A stretch of 64,000 nt of DNA, from NCBI GenBank assembly GCA_041753435.1, contig JBGSUJ010000049.1, forward strand, positions 5,580-69,579, read 5' to 3'. The notes under the pieces were generated by a model, which did no database searches, had not been told where the DNA came from, and saw nothing but the letters and a program-made list of their open reading frames with translations. The DNA is from Pirellulales bacterium. Lineage in GTDB: Bacteria > Planctomycetota > Planctomycetia > Pirellulales > Lacipirellulaceae. Shown here one piece after another: positions 57,217 to 64,000 of this stretch. How positions within the stretch are numbered: position 1 is the stretch's first letter; each line of letters begins with the position of its first letter. The translations under genes were made by a program, and so were the position numbers.

Positions 57217-58137
57217 ATGCGCCGCAGTTTGTATGCCATCATAGCCTGTTGTGCCGCTTGTTCGAGTGTGGTGGCCCAGGCGCCGGGTGGGGTGGCCCCA
57301 GCGCAGCCGCCCGCTGCCCCGCAGGGCTTCGAACTCAACGCGATGCAGCAGGCGTACTTGGATCAAGTACTGAGCAGTTGGCAGATCGAAAGCGGGAAGG
57401 TATCGATATTTCAGTGTCCGTTCGAGCGCTGGGAGTACAATGGGGCCTTTGGCCCAGGCAACGACATTCCGCTCAATAAGAACAAGGGCGAACTGAGCTA
57501 CCACAAGCCCGACAAAGGCAGTTTTCAAATCACCGAGGTAAACACCTGGCAGGCCGAACCAGTTCCGGCAGGCGGCGCTCCTCCGGCCCAGGCCAAGGGC
57601 AATTGGGTCAAGCAGCCTAATGCCATCGGCGAACACTGGGTCTGCGACGGCGAAAACGTGTACGAATATCGGCACGATCAGAAGCAGCTCGTGGTACGTT
57701 CGATTCCGCCGGCAATGCGCGGACAGGCGATTGTTGATGGACCGTTGCCGTTTCTATTCGGTGCCGAAGCGGCCAAGCTCAAGGCCCGCTATTGGATGCG
57801 AGCCGAACAGAACCAAGACCCCAACGAAATCATGATCGTCACGCGGCCGCGGGGTGCAGCCGATGCAGCCGACTACCGACAGGTTGATTTAATACTCGAT
57901 CGTGGCCGAATGATGCCCAAGGCGATGCAAGTCCATCTGCCCAACGGTGACCGGCACGTATACATGTTCGACATTACTCAGGCGACAGTGAACGGTCACT
58001 TGCAGCGGATCATGGCGCTGTTCCAGGTGCCGCGCACGCCGTGGGGCTGGAAGCGGGTAGTCGAGGAAGCACCTCCTCAGCAGCCGGCGCCGCTCGACAA
58101 TCGGCAGGCAGCACAGCCGGATAGCGTGCCACGGTAA
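57217..58137 (+). CDS. secreted hypothetical protein (possibly LolA-like, planctomycete TIGR03009-type)
   Basis: ATG 57217 gives the signal peptide MRRSLYAIIACCAACSSVVAQA. The family guess rests only on remembered similarity to the LDQVLSSWQ...FQCPFERWEY type N-terminal block. Confidence 0.6.
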   Translation: MRRSLYAIIACCAACSSVVAQAPGGVAPAQPPAAPQGFELNAMQQAYLDQVLSSWQIESGKVSIFQCPFERWEYNGAFGPGNDIPLNKNKGELSYHKPDKGSFQITEVNTWQAEPVPAGGAPPAQAKGNWVKQPNAIGEHWVCDGENVYEYRHDQKQLVVRSIPPAMRGQAIVDGPLPFLFGAEAAKLKARYWMRAEQNQDPNEIMIVTRPRGAADAADYRQVDLILDRGRMMPKAMQVHLPNGDRHVYMFDITQATVNGHLQRIMALFQVPRTPWGWKRVVEEAPPQQPAPLDNRQAAQPDSVPR

Positions 58138-58140
58138 GCG

Positions 58141-58184
58141 AGGTCCATCGCCAGCGGAGCTAATCCGCCAGCGATGGACCTTTG
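58141..58184. terminator. hairpin between convergent genes (bidirectional terminator candidate)
   Basis: AGGTCCATCGC...GCGATGGACCT 11-bp perfect stem, extended by 4 bp after a 2-nt mismatch, 7-nt loop, then TTT. The right arm overlaps the last codons of the GT4 gene. Confidence 0.6.
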
Positions 58185-59392
58185 GCAAGTACTGCGCGGT
58201 AGACTTCCGCGATATTCCGAGCCATGACGAGATCTGAAAACAGCGCGGTATGGCGCTCTCTGCCGTTGTGGCTCAAGGCGGCGAAGTCGATTTTGCCCTC
58301 GACAAAGTGCCGAATAGCGCTGGCCAATTGGCTCACACTACCAGAGTCTACTAACAGGCCTGTTTCGCGGTGCACCACTGCTTCGGGTACGCCTTCGACA
58401 CGGGTCGCGACGACGGGCACACCGGCCGCCATCGCTTCGAGAACGACCATCGGCAACCCTTCGCCAAAGAGACTAGGCAGCACGAACAGATCCATTTTGG
58501 CGAGTTCGGCGTTCACTTCGCGCGTGAAACCGGTCCACTCAATTGCGCCGGCTAGCCCGAGTCGATCGGCAAGGCCGAGAATCGCGGTTTCGTAGGCGAG
58601 CGTTTCAAATCCGCCGACGGCCCGCAGTCGCACGTCGACGCCCCAGGAACGCAGCGCGGCCAGCGCTTCGAGCAAAACTTCCATACCCTTACGCGGACGG
58701 AAGAGGGCGACGGTGCCGAGCGTCCAGGTACTAACTGGCGGATTGCGATCGCAGGCGCAAGCTGGGGCAGAGACGCCGTTGGGGACGCAGACGACGCAAT
58801 CGGCTCGGAAGCCGCGGGCGATCATGTAGCGCTTCAGACTGGGCGAAACGGCGATTAAGCAATCCGCTTCGCGGAGGCAATGCCATTCGACCAGCGCATT
58901 GAACACATTAATCAGTTGCCGTGTCGAATCGTGGCCGGCAGGACTGTGGACGTGGTAGATGAACGGCACACCCGCTCGCTTGGCTACCAGCCGGCCGACC
59001 AAGGCCGTGCGCGGCGTGTGAGCATGGACCAACTCAAATTCTTCGTCGGCAACGAGACGGATCAGCTTTCTTACGACGCGCAAATCGAACCGACCGCGCA
59101 TCGGAAACTTGTGCAACGGGGCTGAAGTCGTCTCGCGGGCAGACGGAAAGCGAAGCGGTTTGACGCAGGCGAAGCCGACATCGTAGCCAAACTTCGGCAA
59201 CTCACGGGCGAGCAAGTCTTGCACGCGTTCAGCGCCGGAGTAATGCTCGCCGTTGATCAGGTGCAGCACACGCGCCGTCTGGAGACAGGGCGGCGCGGTG
59301 ATGGGATCGGCTGACGCTGACACCACAGTTGGCACGATGGGGAGCTCATCGGCAGCTTGAGCGTAAGGAAACACTAGCGGCGAAGTCAACAT
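58160..59392 (-). CDS. glycosyltransferase family 4 (GT-B, GT1/GT4 type)
   Basis: HLINGEHYSGAERV N-terminal motif. C-terminal EGLPMVVLEAMAAGVPVVATRVEGVPE. Confidence 0.9.
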   Translation of the reverse strand: MLTSPLVFPYAQAADELPIVPTVVSASADPITAPPCLQTARVLHLINGEHYSGAERVQDLLARELPKFGYDVGFACVKPLRFPSARETTSAPLHKFPMRGRFDLRVVRKLIRLVADEEFELVHAHTPRTALVGRLVAKRAGVPFIYHVHSPAGHDSTRQLINVFNALVEWHCLREADCLIAVSPSLKRYMIARGFRADCVVCVPNGVSAPACACDRNPPVSTWTLGTVALFRPRKGMEVLLEALAALRSWGVDVRLRAVGGFETLAYETAILGLADRLGLAGAIEWTGFTREVNAELAKMDLFVLPSLFGEGLPMVVLEAMAAGVPVVATRVEGVPEAVVHRETGLLVDSGSVSQLASAIRHFVEGKIDFAALSHNGRERHTALFSDLVMARNIAEVYRAVLAKGPSLAD

Positions 59393-59584
59393 CCGTGGAC
59401 TCTCGTCGGATCGAACGGGAAGGGCAAGCTCAGGATAGTACCAACATCGGTGCGATCCGCGGCAGAGTTGCAGTGCTGCGAAAAGTTTGCGGAAGCGGAG
59501 GGTCGTAGTGCTGGTGAGGCGCAGCTCCAGTTCGGACAGGACGGCAATCCGGATTTTCCGTACGCCGCTAGTGACACAGCCACG

Positions 59585-60580
59585 TTACCTCCAGCTATTG
59601 GTGTCTGCACTGGTGCGGACGCGCTCGATGACGCGCATATTGGCAACGGCATCGGCGATGGGCGTGGGGACCGGGGTATCCTCGAGAATCGCGCGGGCGA
59701 AGAGGTCGGACTGGATCGTATATTGATTGCAACTCTCAACAACGATTTCTTCGTTTTGCACGGCTGGTGGGAAGCCGGTTTGGACCCAGAGTCGGGTGGG
59801 CCGGTCATTGGGGGCATTGAACGGAATTTCGATTTCGATGCGGCCCGCAGTGCCAACAATGTTGGTCCGTTGGTACGGCGCGAGTTGCGTGGAGACGGTG
59901 AAGGTGGCCGTGCCTTGGAAGAATTCCAGGATGGCCGAAGTGAGGCGATCGACGCCTGTGTTGGGGTCGCGCTCGATGTGAGCCATGACGCGGATCGGTT
60001 CGTCATCGAAAAGGAAACGCGCGGTGGTGATCGGATAGCAGCCGATGTCCATCAGCGCGCCGCCGCCAATGTCGCGCTGATTGCGGATGTTGTCGGGATC
60101 GTCGTTAAAATACGAAAAAGTAGTGTGGATGGTGCGGAGCGCACCAATGCGGCCAGCGCAGACAAGCTCACGGGCCATCTGCCATTGCGGATGGAAGCGG
60201 ACCATGAAGGCTTCCATGATCTTGAGCTTGGGATGAGCGGCTGCGACGCCGGCCAACTGCTCGGCCTCGGCGACTGACAGGCCGATGGGCTTCTCGCAGA
60301 GAACATGTTTGTCGACTTTGAGCGCACGGATCGACCAGGGAACATGCAAGTGGTTGGGTAGGGGATTGTAGATGGCGTCGATATTGCGGTCTGCAAGCAG
60401 TTCCTGATAAGAACCATAAGCATGGTCGATGCCTAGTTCGGTGGCAACCTGTTTAGCGCGGGAGAGGTCGCGCGAGGCGATGGCGGCGACGATGCCGAAC
60501 TGGCCGCGGTTGGTCGCAGGAATGACCTGCAGACGGCCGATTTTGGCGGTGCTTAAGATGCCCCAGCGAACTTTATCCAT
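59585..60580 (-). CDS. Gfo/Idh/MocA family NAD(P)-dependent oxidoreductase
   Basis: Rossmann N-terminus VRWGILSTAKIG and the EKP motif VLCEKPIGLS. Confidence 0.9.
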   Translation of the reverse strand: MDKVRWGILSTAKIGRLQVIPATNRGQFGIVAAIASRDLSRAKQVATELGIDHAYGSYQELLADRNIDAIYNPLPNHLHVPWSIRALKVDKHVLCEKPIGLSVAEAEQLAGVAAAHPKLKIMEAFMVRFHPQWQMARELVCAGRIGALRTIHTTFSYFNDDPDNIRNQRDIGGGALMDIGCYPITTARFLFDDEPIRVMAHIERDPNTGVDRLTSAILEFFQGTATFTVSTQLAPYQRTNIVGTAGRIEIEIPFNAPNDRPTRLWVQTGFPPAVQNEEIVVESCNQYTIQSDLFARAILEDTPVPTPIADAVANMRVIERVRTSADTNSWR

Positions 60581-60767
60581 GTGATAGATTCTCCAGCTAA
60601 GAGCCTACCAATCTGTCAGGCCAATGAGAATGAGATCCTCACGCACAGGCAGGAAGGTGAAAAGGCCCGACAAATCGGCTCGGCGATCAGAGCGTTGGGC
60701 GTATAATGCGATGCCTTTGGCGTGGATTGGTGGCGGAAGTGTAGCACTTGTTACGGTGAGGACGAGG

Positions 60768-62432
60768 ATGGCAGATTCTTCGCAGGGCGACGTCTCGATC
60801 GGCGGTTATCTGATTCAGCGGCTCGAGGAATATGGCATCGGCCATGTGTTTGGCATTCCGGGCGATTACGTATTGTCATTCTACACGATGCTGGAACAAA
60901 GCCCTCTAAAGACAGTCGGCTGCACGCGTGAGGATTGTGCGGGCTTTGCGGCTGATGCATACGCGCGGGTGCATGGCATGGGGGCGCTGTGTGTGACGTA
61001 TTGCGTCGGCGGGCTGAGCGTTTGTAATTCGATCGCGGGGGCCTACGCAGAAAAGTCTCCCGTGGTGATGATCACCGGTTCGCCGGGACTCAAAGAGCGC
61101 AACCGCAACCCGCTATTGCACCATATGGTGCGGAATTTTCGTACGCAGTACGACGTGTTTGAGAAGCTCTGCTGCGCGGGAACGGAGTTGGCCGATCCGC
61201 TCACAGCATTCAGCGAGATCGATCGAGTGTTGGCGACTTGCACACGGTATAAGCGGCCCGTGTATCTCGAGATTCCGCGGGACTTGGTGCATGTGCAACC
61301 GCCGGTGGCACCGAGGTATGAGAACCAGCAAATAGTCAGCGACACACGGGCTCTGGGCGAGGCGGTGGACGAAACGGTGCGGCGGATCGAAGCGGCCAAA
61401 CAGCCGGTGATCATTCTGGGGGTCGAGGTGCATCGCTTCGGACTGCAGGACGACGTGATAAAACTAGCCGAGGCTTCCGGGATTCCACTGGCGGCGACGA
61501 TGCTTGGCAAGGGCGTGGTCGCCGAGACACATCCGCTCTACATGGGCTTGTACAGCGGAGCGCTGGGCCGCGAAGAAATTACCAAGTACGTCGAAGGGAG
61601 CGATTGTGTGCTGATGCTTGGCACGTTTATGACAGACATCAACCTCGGCATCTACACAGCCGAACTCGACATGAGCGACTGCATTCTGGTGACAAGCGAG
61701 CAACTGCGAATTCGGCACCATCACTTCCATGAAGTGACGCTGCCGGACTTTGTGAAGACGCTCGCAGCGCGGAAGCCTCGGCCGAATACATCACCTCCCC
61801 AAGCACCGACTGAGTTTTGGAAAGAGCCGTTCACACTGCGGCCAGCAGAGCGAATCACGATCGCGCGAATGATCGACCGGCTCGACGAACAGCTTGATGG
61901 CGAGACGGTGGTGATCGCCGATGTGGGGGACGCACTGTTCGCATCGACGGAGCTCACAACTCGGGGAAGGACCGAATTTTTGAGCCCAGCCTATTACACG
62001 TCGATGGGCTTTGCGGTGCCTGCGGCGCTCGGCGTCCATATGGCGAAGCCCGGGGCACGGGTGGTGGCCATCGTGGGCGACGGAGCGTTTCAAATGACGG
62101 GGATGGAACTCTCGACCCTGGTGCGGCACAAGTTCCCAACGGTCGTGATCGTGCTTGACAACGGCGGCTACGGCACTGAAAAGTTGTTGCACCCTGGCGA
62201 GTGGGAGTTCAACGAGATTCACAAGTGGCAATACTCAAAACTGCCGGAGGTGCTCGGCGGCGGCACAGGATACCAGGTGCGGACCGAAGGCGAGTTCGAC
62301 AAGGCGCTCACGGCGGCATGGCAAGACACGAACGGTCCAAGCATTTTGCAGGTCCAACTGGACCCCAAAGATTGCAGTCGATCGCTGGAGCGGCTGGCGG
62401 AGCGAATGGCGAAGATGGTGGTGCAACAGTAG
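60768..62432 (+). CDS. thiamine-diphosphate-dependent 2-keto-acid decarboxylase (indolepyruvate/phenylpyruvate decarboxylase family)
   Basis: ATG 60768 with a GGTGAGGACGAGG SD. HVFGIPGDYVLSFY, REDCAGFAADAYAR (catalytic Glu). ThDP motif GDGAFQMTGMELST...LDNGGY. Confidence 0.9.
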   Translation: MADSSQGDVSIGGYLIQRLEEYGIGHVFGIPGDYVLSFYTMLEQSPLKTVGCTREDCAGFAADAYARVHGMGALCVTYCVGGLSVCNSIAGAYAEKSPVVMITGSPGLKERNRNPLLHHMVRNFRTQYDVFEKLCCAGTELADPLTAFSEIDRVLATCTRYKRPVYLEIPRDLVHVQPPVAPRYENQQIVSDTRALGEAVDETVRRIEAAKQPVIILGVEVHRFGLQDDVIKLAEASGIPLAATMLGKGVVAETHPLYMGLYSGALGREEITKYVEGSDCVLMLGTFMTDINLGIYTAELDMSDCILVTSEQLRIRHHHFHEVTLPDFVKTLAARKPRPNTSPPQAPTEFWKEPFTLRPAERITIARMIDRLDEQLDGETVVIADVGDALFASTELTTRGRTEFLSPAYYTSMGFAVPAALGVHMAKPGARVVAIVGDGAFQMTGMELSTLVRHKFPTVVIVLDNGGYGTEKLLHPGEWEFNEIHKWQYSKLPEVLGGGTGYQVRTEGEFDKALTAAWQDTNGPSILQVQLDPKDCSRSLERLAERMAKMVVQQ

Positions 62433-62533
62433 CCATATTGGCCGTCATTGGTGTTGGCCTGATGGCTGCCGATTGGTGTAGATAAGGCCCTGACGCACCC
62501 CCTCTGCTACGCTGTCGGGGAAGGTGGAAGACG

Positions 62534-62683
62534 ATGGACGACGTAACCAAACGGACGATACACAATTGCCTAATGTCTCTGGCCGTCATAGCGATGATTG
62601 TGGCTGCACTCTACTCACTGCCATTGTGGGCGACCGGAAAACGCGATTTGGTATGTTATACGTTTGTTGCTACTATTGTATAA
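62534..62683 (+). CDS. possible small membrane protein (49 aa)
   Basis: Below the ORF-track cutoff. ATG 62534 is preceded by GGGGAAGGTGGAAG. Product MDDVTKRTIHNCLMSLAVIAMIVAALYSLPLWATGKRDLVCYTFVATIV has one TM. Confidence 0.3.
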   Translation: MDDVTKRTIHNCLMSLAVIAMIVAALYSLPLWATGKRDLVCYTFVATIV

Positions 62684-62701
62684 CCACGTTGGTATTGCCG
62701 A

Positions 62702-62929
62702 ATGATTAAGAAGCCAAGTCAACATGGCAACAGCCTGGCTCTGGTGATTGACCGGTCAATTTTGGATTTGCTTGGCATCGACGTGGGGACGGCACTCGAA
62801 CTGTCGACGGAAGGCGAATCGCTGGTGGTTGCCCCGGTGCGCGATAAGAAGCGGAAGAAGAAGTTTGAAGACGCACTCACGTCCAGCAACCAGCATTACG
62901 GCAAGGCCATTAAGCGGCTCGCGGAGTAA
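62702..62929 (+). CDS. AbrB/MazE/SpoVT-type antitoxin
   Basis: QHGNSLALVIDRSILDLLGIDVGTALELSTEGESLVVAPV is a swapped-hairpin AbrB-like fold signature. Lies immediately upstream of doc. Confidence 0.8.
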   Translation: MIKKPSQHGNSLALVIDRSILDLLGIDVGTALELSTEGESLVVAPVRDKKRKKKFEDALTSSNQHYGKAIKRLAE

Positions 62930-62941
62930 GCTCTGGAGCCG

Positions 62942-63322
62942 TTGTTCCTCTCGCTTGACGAACTGGTGACCATATACCGTGACCAGATTGAACGCTACGT
63001 TGGCTCGCTCGGCGTGCGCGACTGGAACCGGCTGAAGTCCGCCGTTGCGATGCCTGCCGTGTCGTTTGGAAGCCAGTATCTTCATACGGACGTGTGCGAG
63101 ATGGCAGCTGCGTATTTGTTTCACATCGTTCAGAATCTTCCGTTCATCGATGGCAACAAACGTGCTGGTGCAGTGGCGGCTGACGTATTTCTTGCGCTGA
63201 ACGACGCGAGGCTCGTTGCGAGTGAAGGCGATTTCGCCGAACTTGTACTTTCGGTGGCTCGCGGTGAAACCAGCAAGCCTGCGGCAGCAGAGTTCTTTCG
63301 TGCGAATACGACCACAGAATAG
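62942..63322 (+). CDS. doc: Doc (death-on-curing) / Fic-fold toxin homologue with altered active-site motif
   Basis: LSLDELVTIY N-terminus and PFIDGNKRAGAVAA Fic/Doc motif. The residue aligned to the catalytic His is Leu66 (ctt 63137-63139). TTG start 12 nt after the antitoxin stop. Confidence 0.8.
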   Translation: MFLSLDELVTIYRDQIERYVGSLGVRDWNRLKSAVAMPAVSFGSQYLHTDVCEMAAAYLFHIVQNLPFIDGNKRAGAVAADVFLALNDARLVASEGDFAELVLSVARGETSKPAAAEFFRANTTTE

Positions 63323-63330
63323 TGCCGCCC

Positions 63331-63900
63331 ATGGACATTTCTTCTTGGCATATCGATCCAACATGGGTTTACTACCCCTCGGCGCTGCTGTTGGTCGTGT
63401 TATGTACGATTGCTTGGTTCACGTCCGTCTTCACACTGCCAGGAAATTGGTTTGTGCTGGCGTTAGTGGCAGGCTTTGCCTGGTTGTTTCCCAAAGAAGC
63501 GGGGCACGGGATATCTTGGACTGTGGTTGGAGTGTCGCTGGCGCTGGCGGTGGTGGGCGAGGTAATTGAATTTGCGGCCGGGGCGGCTGGAGCGGCCAAG
63601 CAGGGGGCGAGTCGACGAGCGATCGTACTTTCGCTCGTAGGGGCGCTGGTGGGCAGTCTTGCCGGCGCGATGGTGGGTACTCCCGTGCCAGTGCTCGGTT
63701 CATTTGTCATGGCGCTGGTCGGTGGGGCAAGCGGTGCGTTTGCGGGGGCGTATCTAGGCGAGATGTGGAAGGGGCGGGACGAGCCGGAACGCATGGCGGC
63801 CGGGCAAGGGGCGTTCGTCGGCAAGATTTGGGGCACCCTCGGCAAACTGGCCTGTGGGGCGGTGATGGTGGCCATCGTGGCGGTGGATGCATTTTTTTGA
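63331..63900 (+). CDS. DUF456 family membrane protein
   Basis: FTLPGNWFVLAL and the Gly/Ala-rich helices GAAGAAKQGASRRA...LVGALVGSLAGAMVG...GGASGAFAGAYLGE are typical of DUF456. GTG 63322 is an alternative start. Confidence 0.8.
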   Translation: MDISSWHIDPTWVYYPSALLLVVLCTIAWFTSVFTLPGNWFVLALVAGFAWLFPKEAGHGISWTVVGVSLALAVVGEVIEFAAGAAGAAKQGASRRAIVLSLVGALVGSLAGAMVGTPVPVLGSFVMALVGGASGAFAGAYLGEMWKGRDEPERMAAGQGAFVGKIWGTLGKLACGAVMVAIVAVDAFF

Positions 63901-63919
63901 CTTCGCCAAAAAAAGGAAT

Positions 63920-63947
63920 TCCCCCGCCCGGCTATCCGGACGGGGGA
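63920..63947. terminator. GC-rich hairpin (terminator candidate, T-run on the minus strand)
   Basis: TCCCCCGCCCGG-CTAT-CCGGACGGGGGA, a 12-bp stem with one mismatch. A8 run just upstream on plus equals T8 after the hairpin on minus, so it may terminate a minus-strand gene beyond the window edge. Confidence 0.5.
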
Positions 63948-64000
63948 GTATTCGTCCAACATTGACAGCTTGCGACGGATCGCAAACGACTAAGCGTGTT

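Noticed and set aside
59386-60277. ORFs 59386..60006 (minus, other frame) and 59450..60277 (plus)
   Set aside because: They overlap the Gfo/Idh/MocA gene, which has Rossmann and EKP motifs. The alternatives are Pro/Ser/Arg-rich.
60581-60767. TPP riboswitch upstream of the ThDP-dependent decarboxylase
   Set aside because: No CUGAGA / ACCUGAUCUGGAUAAUGCCAGCG-like conserved elements are visible. ThDP enzymes, as opposed to thiamine biosynthesis or transport genes, are not the usual targets.
63372-63962. 196-aa minus-strand ORF
   Set aside because: It is antisense to the DUF456 gene. Its Pro/Ala/Thr-rich product is a mirror of the Gly/Ala-rich sense frame.

Overview
This 64-kb chromosomal window reads like a Planctomycetota (Pirellulales-type) genome. 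GC is moderately high by eye (not computed). Lineage hints are a DUF1559/prepilin-type protein, a fused SecDF, a stand-alone TPR protein with two RNA polymerase alpha-CTD modules, and many signal-peptide or membrane conserved hypotheticals. I support about 50 protein genes, two tRNAs (Cys-GCA, Thr-CGT), three hairpin terminators and several short repeats. Recognisable housekeeping genes are exbB-exbD, tgt-yajC-secDF (E. coli-like synteny), carA, an RluA-type pseudouridine synthase, a Ser/Thr kinase, a hemolysin-III family protein, a VKOR-DsbA fusion, an SDR, a GT4 glycosyltransferase, a Gfo/Idh/MocA oxidoreductase and a TPP-dependent 2-keto-acid decarboxylase. Accessory content is a 5'-truncated RHS/YD-repeat gene next to tRNA-Thr, ended exactly at the 17-bp inverted repeat of a RayT/IS200-like Y1 transposase unit, and an AbrB-type antitoxin plus Doc toxin pair. 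The most interesting points follow. (1) A SyrB2-like Fe(II)/2-oxoglutarate enzyme has a His-x-Ala (halogenase-type) metal site and no carrier protein or NRPS nearby. (2) In an exbB-exbD-ORF3 unit, a TonB-like TM-plus-Pro-rich-linker protein carries an alpha/alpha-toroid domain instead of a TonB C-terminal domain. (3) A tightly packed five-gene envelope operon (23.8-34.1 kb) has unknown function. (4) Several proteins have altered catalytic motifs: Doc His to Leu, an Mrr-like domain, TlpA CxxC to DxxC, and an alpha/beta hydrolase Ser to Gly. (5) Two coding-poor regions (2.0-4.0 kb and 46.5-47.4 kb) carry structured repeats. I saw no CRISPR array, rRNA, integrase or prophage. All family assignments come from motif recognition by eye, and no searches were run.
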